A DNA stretch of 63,462 nucleotides, filler included, from Stramenopiles sp. TOSAG23-6 (GCA_900128565.1; 22 parts of 22 records of this genome joined end to end with filler, not necessarily neighbours in it), one strand, 5' to 3'; positions 1 to 12,490 are shown, numbered from the whole stretch's first letter. Notes: generated from the letters alone by a model not told the origin. Numbers and translations: made by a program.

Positions 1-2390
1 TTCCGAGGGAGTATGCTAGTTGGGACTCTGTTGACCCTGCTGAGCTTTTTGGTGCACCAATAGTAAAAAAGCCAACAAAAAAGGGTGTCCTGAAGCATCT
101 GCAGTCCGAAGCAAAGGGAATACACTGTCTCGTACTCTGGATGGATTGTGACAGGGAAGGTGAAAATATTAATTTTGAAGTACTTGATGTCATTGGTTGG
201 TCTGATCCCAAATTCGAGTATAAAGTTTTTCGGGCAAAATTTAGTGCTATCAATGAAAAGGACATCTTAAAAGCTTATAATTCTTTAATTAGACCAAACA
301 AGAATGAAAGTCTCTCAGTTGATGCTAGACAGGAGTTAGATCTAAAAATTGGAGTTGCATTCTCGAGATTTCAAACTAAATACTTCCAGGGTCGCTATGG
401 TAATCTCGATTCATCAGTCATTTCGTATGGTCCTTGCCAAACACCCACCCTTGGATTTTGCGTTCAGCGTCATCTTGATATTTTATCATTTGTACCAAAA
501 GCCTACTGGACTCTTGACCTTCGAATAAATAAGAATGGCATTCGATGTTTGTGTACATCGGCACATGGAAGATACTTTAAGCGGTCAAAGGCACTTGATC
601 TACTTGGGAAGATTAAAAATGCTCCAGATGCACAGGTTAAAGTGCTGAGTGTTGTTAATAAAGAAAAGAAACAAGGACGACCAGCCGCACTTAATACTGT
701 GGGATTCCTAAAAGCATGCTCTAAAGGTCTCTGTATAGGCCCTCATGCAGCTATGCAACTTGCTGAACGTCTCTATCTGATGGGTTATGTATCTTACCCA
801 CGCACAGAGAGCACGACGTATCCGGCGAGTTTTTCAATTGAGGGTACATTGAAAGAACCTGATGCAATATGGCAGTGTCAAACAGTAAAATTCGAAGTAT
901 CTCTTTCTTCCCAACAGTTTATTGCCAGAGGAAAGAAACTTAAGAGGGCTGGATTCTTGGACGCGCTTAAAGTCCGTGAATACCTAGAGCATGAAAGATA
1001 TGATGATGATGGTGATGATGATGTTGAGGAAACGGAGCAGCGCACTCTCCCACAATTTGTTGAGGGAGAAACGTTTCCTCTCACAAGTGTTGATCAAGGT
1101 AGAAGAGCATGTGATGATATGTCTGTCATTTCCCTTTCAAATAAAAAAGAAACTGTTGCTCCAAGTCACTTGAGTGAAAGTGAATTGATTAGTCTTATGG
1201 AGCGACATGGTATTGGAACGGATGCATCAATTCCTTCACATATTGAGAATATCCAAAAACGAAATTATGCAACATTAGGAAGTGGAAGACGTCTAATTCC
1301 GACACAGCTTGGTCTGGTACTTGCACAGGGATATCAAAAAATTGATGCAACATTGGTACTTCCACAAGTTCGTTCTCAAATTGAGTCTGAGTGTGTCAAA
1401 ATCGCCAAAGGTGAAATGGAAAAGAATGATGTCTTGAACAGAGCAATAAGCGTTTTTTCAGCAAAATTTGATCATTTTATGTCTAATATTGGTCTCATGG
1501 ATATGTTATTCTCTGCAAGTTTTGCAAAGCTTGAAGATTCTGGAAAGCCGTTCAGTCGGTGTGGTTTAACTCGGCGTTATCTCCATTGCATTCAAGGACC
1601 TCCACCAAGATTCTATAATCGCCTAACTGAAACAATTTATCCAATGCCTCAAGGTGGTATTCTCAAACCATGGTCAGATCGTTATTGTACAGTGTGTGAT
1701 TTTGAGCTATGTTTATATTCTTGTGGAAATCCACAGAGAACATTTCCGCTTTGTCCATATTGTTACAACAATCCGAAACCTGAGTGGGGTTCAATTGTCA
1801 ATTCAGACTCAGAATCTGATGATGAAAGTAATACTCACACCGAGTCAAATAAAAATCAAAAACATCGTCGTGGATCTACCTCATCCGTTGTTGGACCAAC
1901 TTCACAGGAGAAGAAGGGTCGAAATAAGAAGCGAAATTTAGTTTTGAATTGTCCTTTGCCTGATTTACATCCATCAATCCAAGCACTGGTCGTATATGAG
2001 GATATAGAAAATGGTGGTTTTTACATTCTCGATCCTACGGGAGGTCCAAAATGGAAACTTGTAAATACCCGTAATGCAAGTATACAATATTTTCCAAGCT
2101 GTGTTGCCCGTGTGAAAGTAATGAAAAAAGTCGATTCGGATATGAAATGTGCTTTTCTAAAAGTTGAATTTAAGAAAGGACAGAGTCTCATGCAGGATGG
2201 CGCTGATGAGAGTATAGATTGCTTCTTGACAAACAAAATACTTCGTGATAATATGGTTGTTCGTCATGGGTCTGAAAGATTGAAATGGAAACGACATCGT
2301 GGTGGACGAGGCCGTGGGAGAAGGAAAGGTCGTGGCAGGGGACGGCGAAAGCACCACGGTGATATCAAGATGACTTTTGATGGATTTTAA
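1..2390 (+). CDS. TOP3B: DNA topoisomerase III beta (5' truncated; apparent internal deletion)
   Basis: Toprim W(M)DCDREGENI, SYGPCQTPTLGF, catalytic GYVSYPRTE, GIGTDASIPSHI, C-terminal Cys zinc ribbons and an RGG tail. Confidence 0.93.
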   Translation, partial: PREYASWDSVDPAELFGAPIVKKPTKKGVLKHLQSEAKGIHCLVLWMDCDREGENINFEVLDVIGWSDPKFEYKVFRAKFSAINEKDILKAYNSLIRPNKNESLSVDARQELDLKIGVAFSRFQTKYFQGRYGNLDSSVISYGPCQTPTLGFCVQRHLDILSFVPKAYWTLDLRINKNGIRCLCTSAHGRYFKRSKALDLLGKIKNAPDAQVKVLSVVNKEKKQGRPAALNTVGFLKACSKGLCIGPHAAMQLAERLYLMGYVSYPRTESTTYPASFSIEGTLKEPDAIWQCQTVKFEVSLSSQQFIARGKKLKRAGFLDALKVREYLEHERYDDDGDDDVEETEQRTLPQFVEGETFPLTSVDQGRRACDDMSVISLSNKKETVAPSHLSESELISLMERHGIGTDASIPSHIENIQKRNYATLGSGRRLIPTQLGLVLAQGYQKIDATLVLPQVRSQIESECVKIAKGEMEKNDVLNRAISVFSAKFDHFMSNIGLMDMLFSASFAKLEDSGKPFSRCGLTRRYLHCIQGPPPRFYNRLTETIYPMPQGGILKPWSDRYCTVCDFELCLYSCGNPQRTFPLCPYCYNNPKPEWGSIVNSDSESDDESNTHTESNKNQKHRRGSTSSVVGPTSQEKKGRNKKRNLVLNCPLPDLHPSIQALVVYEDIENGGFYILDPTGGPKWKLVNTRNASIQYFPSCVARVKVMKKVDSDMKCAFLKVEFKKGQSLMQDGADESIDCFLTNKILRDNMVVRHGSERLKWKRHRGGRGRGRRKGRGRGRRKHHGDIKMTFDGF

Positions 2391-2509
2391 GGATTGCCTA
2401 GATACATGCATAATTTTAAGTTTTTTTAGGTACTTGTATAGTTCTTGAATGTGTGGTGATGGTTTTTAAAATAGATATTATAAATTTTAAGTAATAATGC
2501 TTTTATTTT

Positions 2510-5500
2510 TCAACAGATATTTGAGTGGCTCATGAGTTCTCTAGTATTACCATAGATTTTGCACAAACGACTCGCCATTTCTTTCGATTTTTCTGAAAGT
2601 TGAAGTAGAGACAATTTTTGTGAGGCAGAATATTCATTTCTGAGTTGAACAAGTTCATCAAGTTGTTCGTGTGCGACTAATAACTGCGACCATTGCTCAT
2701 GTTGAATATGTGAAGCAAAAGTCGCAAACTTTTGATGAATATTGAGACTATTTGAATTATCATTATCCGAAACATTTTGATTAATATTGTTATCATTGCC
2801 ATCCATATTTCTTCCTATATTAGATATTCCAGAAAATTCATGAAGATTTTGTTCGGAGACACGTCGAAGAATTGCTTCGCGGAGAAGAGGAAGACATTGA
2901 GAATATTCTTTTGCAACCTCAATTCGTAGAACACATGATATACTTTGGGAAGAATGATTTTGAGTACCCGGAATATCCCGCGACGAAGTTAAGGTGACGG
3001 TAGCACCACAGCGCAATCGCGAGACTGCGACGCCCTGTCCACACCAACCCCATTTGTTTGTTTCTAATCCCAACAAAATTTGTAATGCTGATTGTTTTGA
3101 ACTTGAAGGAATAGAAATACGAAGTGAACATGAATTACCCATGAAAACATTATTTTGAGATGAAGAAATTGGAGTACTACCATATAATGGCAATGTATCT
3201 TTAGACTTTAAAAATTGTCTACTCCAACTAAAATTACTACTCTGTTTACGCGATGAATTCTTATTACCTTGGGTTTTTAGAGTATGTTCAAGAACTGATG
3301 GTGGCGCAGGTATACAAAAACTTAAGATATCTACAACGCCAATACCGAGTAGAGCGGAATAAACACCTGGATTATTCTTTGACGATTTATTTGCATTATA
3401 TCGAATGCCATTGAACCATTCGATAGTATTATTATCGAATACATTAATAGAGTGACTATTTGCATTAGTATTGTTTGTTGTAAAAGTATTTACTGAATTT
3501 GAACATTTCATCTTTTTACTACTCTTATCTTGCGCACTGATCCATGTTTCTATCTTTATCGGCGTATCTGACGTCATAGGTAAGACAACATCCCAGTGCC
3601 AAGGTTGAGATTTGTTATGAATACTTTTTGATGATTGTACATCTGGAGGAGGAACACGAGCTGATATAGTTTCTATACGCAATGGTAAAAAATCAGTACT
3701 CTTTGAATTATAAGATGTTGATCCATGTTTTCTACTCTTGGATGGTGAAGGTAATTCTATTTCTAATTTATCCATATTCTTAGTTGAGTCAGTCTCTTGT
3801 TGTTGGAAACGAACAATGATTGTCCAATCAACAAAATTTCCACACATTCTGGGTGGATCTTTCAAGGATACACGAAATATCCGCTGAAGTCCAGGAGAAG
3901 AGTGCTCACGCAATACAGTTTGGCAACAATATCCGATAGAAACACACCCAACTTGCTTCTTTGAAGAAATATGACTGAAATATGGAATTCTCCTTTTAGA
4001 TGGAATGATCCGCCGCAACGCTGACAAAACATGCACAGCTTCAGTTATTGCTAATATTTGCATATTTTGTATAATAGCATTACTTGCAGTCATATTCTGA
4101 GCTTCGGATATAGAAGAAATTCTGTTTAATAATCGTTTGATCTCCAATGAAGCAGTGTCGGAATCTCCAATAGCTTCGATATCTACAGTTTCAAAACTAG
4201 AATCTAAATTTTTATACGAAATTTTACTACGAGGCCAAATTCCTCTATCTTCTTCGTCATCAGACGAAGAACTATACTCACTACTCTCATCATCGTACGT
4301 ATCGAAACAATTTTCATTTTCATACTTTTTATCTACAACACGTTTTTTTGTATCTGATCTTGTAAGTGGTACAAAATCTTTCATAATATTTTGATTAATT
4401 TTAGGTAAACCAAAAGAAATAAGTTGACCAGAACTTGTTAATGCAACTACATTTTTGTTTTTATGTTGTGTTATATTTGAAACTAAAAGCTTTATAGATG
4501 CAGAAGTTTCTATCACCTGTGACAAAACATCAAATTGGGTGAGTACGATATTTCCATTACCATGACGCTTTATAGTTCTACCAACACGAAAATTCGAATT
4601 TTTGTTTTCTAATAAATTTGTTGCATAAAGAACTCCANNNNNNTTTCATTATTTATACAAATATATACAGATTGTATAGGTCCCGGGACTCGTGTTGTAT
4701 GTTGAAAGTATTCATAAGAATTTATTTCATTATTCAAACTATTTTTTCTTTTTTCTGATGTTTTTGTTGATTTTCTTTCTTCTGATGTTTTTGTTGATTT
4801 TCGCATCCCCCTGATAATTATTTTACCCAACTTACCCACAAATATAAGACAAGATAGTTCGTTATCATTGATATCATTGCATTTTTTTTCAATAGAAATT
4901 GGAATTATTCTAATCACAGGCTCTTCAAATGATATATTAAGAATACCCGATTGTACTATACATGTATTGTGATTTTTGGTTTTTCAAAAAATCGAAATTT
5001 GTTAGGTATGAAATTTGGTACAAAAAAAAGGAAATTCAATTTTGAAAACGTACATCCACTTGTCAATGATTTTGTAGATATTTCACACCATTTCACTACA
5101 CCTTCAAAATCACCTTGCAAAGCTATGATAGAAAACCTCAACGGCGAGTCTATCCCAAAAATGTTTGCAATAAGATCATCGCGCACCTCAAAAGCAGTAC
5201 TCCATCCTTTACAATATTGTGTGCCCATGGATTGTACTGGATTTTCAGAGTTCGACGAATGAGAAGATTGAGAAGATCGAATGCAAAGACTTGATGAGCT
5301 TAGACTTCCATCAAGAGAAGGCAGTTCTAATGTTTCATTAGAAGTATCAGATAAATTAATATCTCTAGCCCCAAGAGTAATATCGGGAATCTTCCAGACC
5401 ATTGTTGAACAAAGAAAACTAGACATTAGTACTATGCATTCACTAGGCTCAAAGGCAGCACTTGGTAAACTTGCTGACGCAAACGAGTGTGTTCCAGCTC

Positions 5501-5612
5501 TTTTAGAAATGCAACATTTTAGTGGCACATCCACAACTACATCCCCAACAATAAACTGTGTCATACTAGCAATCGTTTCATGTTGAACCTCCTCTTTATT
5601 ATCAATACTCAT
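2510..5612 (-). CDS. FAAP100: Fanconi anaemia core complex protein FAAP100-like (2 exons, intron 4962-5053, N gap at ~4640)
   Basis: Joining ORFs 4956-5612, 4609-4917 and 2510-4525 gives IFGIDSPL..., FEEPVIRI, CLIFVGKLGKI, VPGPIQSV, VVALTSSGQL and EIKRLLNRISSISE, collinear with FAAP100 motifs as I recall them. Confidence 0.7.
4962..5053 (-). other. Family intron, GT-AT, 92 nt
   Basis: ggAT|GTACGTTTT..CATACCTAAC..CAATACAT|gt; removal fuses two ORFs in frame (SG-C-IVQSG). Confidence 0.8.
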
Positions 5613-5972
5613 ATTATTATTACTATTATCCGCAATTAGATTGAATGGTTTAACAGTCCAAATACGCCCGTNNNNNNNNNNNNNNNNNNNNNNNNNNNNN
5701 NNNNNNNNNNNNNNNNNNNNNNNNNNNNNNNNNNNCTATAGTAAAAGCCCCATTTTCGTATTTGCTTTCACCCGTTTTAAGCCACATAGCACTAGAGATA
5801 TCAGCAGGGAAACGAAGGATTAATCCAAGTTCGTTTTCCAAAAATATATGAAATAAACATGGCACAACTCTTACAGCCAGGAGTTGCTTACACTGTATTC
5901 GTTCACGTACTTGAAGACTTGATTCCGTCTCTTGAATATATGCAGTCGTAAGCACTGGTATGCCACGAACAG

Positions 5973-6072
5973 NNNNNNNNNNNNNNNNNNNNNNNNNNNN
6001 NNNNNNNNNNNNNNNNTTAATTAATTAANNNNNNNNNNNNNNNNNNNNNNNNNNNNNNNNNNNNNNNNNNNN
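5973..6072. other. Artificial contig spacer N-TTAATTAATTAA-N (first of 21)
   Basis: Identical 100-nt spacer recurs at ~1.1 kb and ~6 kb intervals; contig lengths decrease within each size series. Confidence 0.97.
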
Positions 6073-6581
6073 GACTTTACCTGTTCCGAATTTTCACTCA
6101 TGTTGATTATGACCAGTGTCTACTATCTCACTCTCAAATTAACCAGTCAAAGTGAATATCAAAAATGAAGATAAACTATACGAAAATAGTATTATTTGTA
6201 TCTCATATATATCATATATCTGTAATGAACATTTTTACTGTTTCTTTGTCCTACAATTTAGATTCATTCAATTCTAGAAATGTACACAAAATTTCATACT
6301 ATAGTATTTTTTATATGCTCAAAGACTTTCGGTTTCGGAGATAAAAGTTGATTCGGTTACTAACTCCGATTCTACATTTTTTTTCCTTTACGTATGAAAA
6401 TATGGTACAAAACGTTACAACGTTGTTACCGGGTAACGGCTCCATGTTTGGAGCCAGCATGCCAAGAGAATCAAAAAACCAAAAAAAAACGAATTCAATT
6501 TATTCATCTTCAACATCTTCAACATTTGCCTGTTAAATAATTTAGGCTACGACGTATTTTAATACATCTGACAATATTATA

Positions 6582-7076
6582 ATGAATACACAAACAGATG
6601 AACGTTCAACAATACACCCAAACACCAATGTTATTCTTTCTCGTTTACAGTCATTAGTTGATGGATTGATTCAGGATATGAATACATCATCTATTGGTTC
6701 ATCTAATGAATCATCTATTGGATCATCCATTGGTTCGTCTAATGATTCATCCCTTGGTACGCAGAATCTTCCACCAGACATACCTCACAACATCAATACA
6801 AATGAAGACATCATTGAACCACCATTGCAACAAGATGAAGTCTTGAAATTAAGTGATGGTGTTGAGATTCCTCTCGTTACCGTTCAAAATCTTGTCCAAG
6901 GAGACGACATCGACTTTTCTTCCATTATGAGTTTAATTCAATCCGAGAGATCTCTTCATGAGTTGTGTTTTTACGCTGATACATTGTCAGCCGAACTACA
7001 AGCACATTTTAGAACTACATCGAATGTGTGCTGTAAAACAGAGGAATTGTTACAATATGCCGTTCATTTAGATTTG
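6582..7076 (+). CDS. Hypothetical protein (3' truncated)
   Basis: ATG-initiated open frame running to the contig end, with Ser-rich short repeats; no recognised domain. Confidence 0.45.
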
Positions 7077-7321
7077 NNNNNNNNNNNNNNNNNNNNNNNN
7101 NNNNNNNNNNNNNNNNNNNNTTAATTAATTAANNNNNNNNNNNNNNNNNNNNNNNNNNNNNNNNNNNNNNNNNNNNCCAAAACCTCTAATAAACGAAAAT
7201 GATTTTTTTAAAAGTTTTTTGTTTAGTAAATGAATAAAAACACCCACAATAAAATCGCCAAAAACACAACCAATAACGGCAATAGCGCTTCGAATTCATA
7301 TATACCTTATTTTTCATAGCT

Positions 7322-8180
7322 TCAAGCGACTCTTTCCAATGTGGCAGGCGTACCTAATGCAACACGCTGCTCATAAATATCGCGGGTGTTTTTAGCATTT
7401 TCAACTAATTGTTTTAACTCATCTTCCTCAGGGCTTTTTATTTCCGGAAGGAAAGGAATCAATTCAGGAGGAATGAGACCAGGCAAATCTTTAGGTGTTG
7501 ATTGATGGTAGTTCAAACGTTTTAAAATTTCATTATCATCATGAATTTCAAAAGGGTGACTAAAATTGAAAAATATATCTTTCCCAGCAGCATCCTCAAC
7601 AAAAGCACGTTGACCACGACGACGTTTCTTATTCAATTCGATGACTTCTTCTGCAGAGTGACCTGTTTCAGACATTTCAATTTGGATTCTTGTTTTTGCA
7701 TTTGTATTGACAATTATAAAAGGCAATGGAATTCTGTTATTCTTTTCATCGAACTTTAAATTATCAAGTAGTGACGTTTCACCTGCAAGCACTCTAGCCT
7801 CATCTTTTAGACAGATCGCTTCAGCTTCAGAGTATAGACGAGATTCTATTTCGGCTTTTTCTTTTTGAACTACAGATCCAACAGTACTTTTTTCAGAAGT
7901 CTCGGAATATTTTTCAGTAGTGACAGACGCTTCGATATTGTTTCCAATATCTTCAATTTTATTTTCATCTTTATCTACCGTATTATCAATCATCATACTA
8001 TCATTTGAAGCGTCTATTATATTTTCATCCTTCTTTTTTTGATTATTGCGCATTTCCAAGGCTTTTTGCCAAACTTTTTTTTGCCATTCATTTGCCTCCT
8101 CCTCCTCTTTATTTCTACGAATCAGTTGCTTAAATGCAATTTGCTGTAGTAGTAACTCTTGTAGATGTTCCTTTTTGGTT
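7322..8180 (-). CDS. TFDP: E2F dimerisation partner (DP) transcription factor, C-terminal part
   Basis: KKEHLQELLLQQIAFKQLIRRN, IPLPFIIVNT and FFNFSHPFEIHDDNEILKRL are hallmark DP-domain segments. Confidence 0.88.
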
Positions 8181-8379
8181 NNNNNNNNNNNNNNNNNNNN
8201 NNNNNNNNNNNNNNNNNNNNNNNNTTAATTAATTAANNNNNNNNNNNNNNNNNNNNNNNNNNNNNNNNNNNNNNNNNNNNATTTCATTTTGTTCAATTTC
8301 ATTTTGTTCAATTTCATTTTGTTCAATTTCATTTTTTTTCTAACGAATTTTTTCATTTGACGTATTTTTTATAGTACAT

Positions 8380-9283
8380 TATTTATTATTACACAAGATA
8401 TTATTATTGAGAATGTCTAATGGTGCATTTATACAGTTAACTGGTATTCCTGCAAACTCAATAATAAAATCAAACATTCCTAATTATAAGGAATTATATG
8501 AGAAACACGAAAAACCTAATTCTACTAAAAAAAATAAAAACGGGACATTTCCAATGTATGTTTTTTTTTCAATTTCGAATTTATTTTTTTTCGTACGAAA
8601 TTTTGTACCTAACAAATTGTAGAAAAAAATATTTTTTCACAATATATTGATTTAAATGAGTACCTTCCGAAACAACGTATTTTTTATTCAAGGCCTTTTG
8701 CAAGGGTACCTGGTTTACCTAAAAAACATATTTTAAATTTATTAGTATCAAAACATAAAGGAAAAAAGAATACTAAAATAATAAAAAACACAAATTGGAA
8801 AAAAAGAGATAAATTTTTTGGTGCTAGTCGGAAACTTATTTTTACTATTTTTATAAGACGTTCAAATTTTCATTCAGGAATGTTTAACAATACGAAATTA
8901 GGTACACAATTATCAAGAAATTCAAAAAGAAAACGAAATCGACGATTTTTATTATATATGTTTTATTTTTTTTCAATTTCGAATTTATTTTTTTATAGGA
9001 AATTTTGTACCTAACGATTTTTTTTTGAAATATTTTTTCAAAAATCATGTTTACCGCCTCGTCTTCGTTTAGTCATACCCTTATTTAGTACATTATTACA
9101 TAATCAAACTATTTTACCATACAGTAGGCTATTGTCTAAATATTGTCCAATCACAAAAGATCTAAATCTTGCTCGAGAAGCAGATTTTAATACCAATCGT
9201 AATACTATATCCGTGTCTGGTAGTGATACTACAAATACTAATCGTAATACTACATCCGTGTCTGGTAGTGATACTACAAATAC
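8380..9283 (+). CDS. TERT: Telomerase reverse transcriptase, N-terminal fragment (exons 8380-8555, 8648-8955, 9049-9283)
   Basis: Spliced product has the GQ-motif end YLLLHKILLLRMSNGAFIQLTG, then IFYSRPF..GLPKKHILN, RKLIFTIF and the CP motif LPPRLRLVIPLFSTLLHNQTILPYSRLLSKYCPI (cf. human [35 protein letters not shown]). Confidence 0.82.
8556..8647 (+). other. Family intron, GT-AT, 92 nt
   Basis: ccaAT|GTATG..TTCGTACGAAATTTTGTACCTAAC..CACAATATAT|t gat; restores the TERT frame. Confidence 0.8.
8956..9048 (+). other. Family intron, AT-AT, 93 nt
   Basis: ttAT|ATATGTTTT..GTACCTAAC..AAAATCAT|gt tta ccg; contains an in-frame TAA, so it must be removed to reach the CP motif. Confidence 0.7.
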
Positions 9284-9399
9284 NNNNNNNNNNNNNNNNN
9301 NNNNNNNNNNNNNNNNNNNNNNNNNNNTTAATTAATTAANNNNNNNNNNNNNNNNNNNNNNNNNNNNNNNNNNNNNNNNNNNNAAAAATAAAACATACA

Positions 9400-10332
9400 T
9401 CTGGTAACAAATATTCTTTTAGGGTTAGGGTTTCATTCTCCGATTCATTATTTTCATGTTTACAATAATTTGATGTTTGGAGTCGATAAATTTCTAAAAA
9501 TGAGCTATACACTGAAAAAATTGTTTCTAGATTTCCATTTTTAAAATTGTCAAAATGAATAACATTTTCATTGACTTGCCCAAACAATCCTGAAGTCACT
9601 GACGTACTACTATTAGGGTTAGGGTTAGGGTTTAAAGAATAATTTTGTATTACTTGTAGCATCATCTATATTTGTACCATCATTTGAATTAAAATTAGAA
9701 TTAGCATGACAATCATCAAGTGATGTATTTATAGTATTAGTAGTAGTATCAATATTTGTACCATTTTTAAAACAATAATTTTTATACTGTTTACATTTTT
9801 CTTCATTTTTTCGTGTTTGAACAGTCATAGCATGCAAAATTATTGCTATTACTGAAGTATACAATTCGAATTTATTTTTTATAGGAAATTTTGTACCTAA
9901 CGAATTTAATTTTGAAGACGTCGAAATAATTTCAAGTAATTTTTTTATCAAAAATTGATTCATTATAAATGTATTACTACTAGTACCCATCATGGAAACA
10001 TTTGGGTTAGATAGCGAAATGTAATTTGGAAAAATATTTCAAAAAAATTTCAAAAATTTGTTAGGTACAAAATTTTTTGAAAAAAAAAATTTCGATTTTT
10101 TTTTTTTTTCGGTAAATAAAAAAAAAAAAATAAAACATACTTAAATATTATTGAATAGATTGTTTCAGAAAAAGTTGTTTGGAAATGTTGTACAGAACTG
10201 CTTGACAAAAATTCAATATTTCGTGTAGAGAGCATTCCATTGTTTAACCAATTTGTTACTTTTTGTGTTTTACATGAAACATTTTCAATCGTACAAGAAT
10301 TCAAATTCACATCTAAAATTCCTTGGAGTAAA
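9400..10332 (-). CDS. Hypothetical multi-exon gene fragment
   Basis: Open frames separated by family intron 10019-10140 and bounded by partial introns at both contig ends; the two downstream ORF-track entries are in different frames near 9625-9665. Confidence 0.45.
10019..10140 (-). other. Family intron, GT-AT, 122 nt
   Basis: ttAA|GTATG..GTACCTAAC..CCAAATTACAT|t tcg; joins ORFs 10050-10310 and 9625-9993 in frame. Confidence 0.7.
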
Positions 10333-10486
10333 ATGTATTTTGGAAAAATATTTCAAAAAAAAATTTTGAAAATTTGTTAGGTACAANNNNNNNNNNNNNN
10401 NNNNNNNNNNNNNNNNNNNNNNNNNNNNNNTTAATTAATTAANNNNNNNNNNNNNNNNNNNNNNNNNNNNNNNNNNNNNNNNNNNN

Positions 10487-11488
10487 TTTGTAAAACCAAT
10501 TCAAGACGTGGCAGACTTTCAACTCCTAATAAATGACCAAGAGAAGGAGTTCAATCTGACGAACAAGTTATATAAGAAATGTCCGTATACTGTAGAACCA
10601 ATAAAAGGTGTGTATGGTGATATTTTAGATATTTATGGCGCAAAGGTCATTTTATTGAAATACTACCCAAAAGGTGATTTATTTAATGCCCTCAATAAAG
10701 CGAAGAGACAACCCACAGAAGAACTTTGGATGAAGCGAGAGAAAAGCATAACAAAATACATCCGTCATATTACAGAAGCAGTAGAGTGTATGAACAGACT
10801 AGGGTACATCTACTCTGATTTAAAATTTGAAAATGTTTTATTGGATGACAATGACAATGCTGTGCTTGCAGATTTTGGTATAAGTTTCCAGGCAGTTGCT
10901 TGGAAATCTCGCCATAAGGAACTAACATCAATGTTAGCACTAAAACAATACCAAGCACAACCTTGGATACATGATGGCTTAGAGCATGTTCGATGCAGTT
11001 ATGCTAGTATTCCGCCCTATGAGGAGAGACAAGATGCGTACTACATGCCTGTCTATGCTTTCGATACATGGGGTATAGGAGTTTTATTCATCTGGGCTTC
11101 AGGGTTTGTTCATGATAGCAACTATAAATATGGGGAAGATAAAACAGGAGGATTACTTCCAGTACTTACAGCTGAGAAGAACAGCAAAGATGATCTATTT
11201 AGACAATGGATTCACACTGCACCATCACACCTACATCAATGCTTACACTATATGATTGATGATATGTTACCTCAACTAATGGGTTATTTACCGGAGGACA
11301 GAGTTAAATACTCAAAACGTAGAAGGCGAGATATCGATCCTTGTAAAGGTTTACTCAGTACAATGGACAGTAGTATACACAGTGATATGGGGAGTAAAGA
11401 TGATACAGAAGAACCTAGAGTATTAGTATCCAATGATTATCAAATAGATGTAAGTGATTATGATGAAAGTGATGAAGGTGATGAATCT
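10487..11488 (+). CDS. Divergent Ser/Thr protein kinase (fragment)
   Basis: YYPKGDL hinge, YSDLKFENVLL catalytic loop, LADFG and DTWGIG. Confidence 0.85.
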
Positions 11489-11627
11489 NNNNNNNNNNNN
11501 NNNNNNNNNNNNNNNNNNNNNNNNNNNNNNNNTTAATTAATTAANNNNNNNNNNNNNNNNNNNNNNNNNNNNNNNNNNNNNNNNNNNNATTTCGATTTTT
11601 TTGTTTAAAAAAAAAAATAAAACATAC

Positions 11628-12490
11628 ATGCAAAACTCAACGCTGAGATAATTACTCCACATAACACTGCAATTGCTAAATCTGTGAAAATTGTAACAAT
11701 TGTTACTACCAAAATAATAAATACGTCGGTACGTCGAACTTTTACAGCTTTTAAACTCAAAGCATCTCTACCTTTTTTAGTTAATAAGGCAGAGAGAATT
11801 AACTTGAAGGAATACCATTCAAAAGTATGAATGACAACCATAAACATGACACCAACTAAACCTGCAGTAGGGATTATATTAATTAGTGGCTGCATGACCA
11901 TAATTGCTAAAAATAAAAAGAATGAAGCGCTTATACTAGATACACGCGAAATACCGCCTGATTTAGCATTAATCATAGATTGGCCAATCATTGCACAGCC
12001 ACCCATACCACCAAACATCCCTGACATCACATTGCCAATACCTTGACCAATACATTCTCGACTAGGATTTCCCTTTACACCTGTCATATCATTGAGAAGT
12101 TGTTGTGTCATTAGAGACTCAACTAGACCAATAAATGCAAGAATACAAGCTTTCGGAAACACGACATCTAAAGAATTGAAGAAATTAGGAAGGTTATTAT
12201 CGTAGTCATTATTCACCCAAAATGGAACCATGTCACTGAAGGAAGCGTCAATTTTTGCGATATCCTCAACTGCAGGTGTTTTCAACTCCATACAGGCTCG
12301 AATTATTCCATATAGTATGAAAAATATTTTTTTTGCAAAATTTGTTAGGTACGAAATTTCGTACGAAAAAAAAATGAAAAAAACTTGAAAAAAATAAAAA
12401 CATACATGCTCAACGCCAATTGCGACGCCAATTGCAACTAAACTAGATGGAATAACTGTCGTTAGTTTCGGTAATAAATGAACAACAAGC
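11628..12490 (-). CDS. SulP/SLC26-family anion transporter (internal fragment)
   Basis: GLVESLMT, ECIGQGIGN, FGGMGGCAMIGQSMIN..SGG.SR and TDLAIAV. Confidence 0.92.
12310..12405 (-). other. Family intron, GT-AT, 96 nt (in frame; read through by the ORF track)
   Basis: gagcAT|GTATG..CGTACCTAAC..CATACTATAT|gga; removal gives VEHGIIR. Confidence 0.75.
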
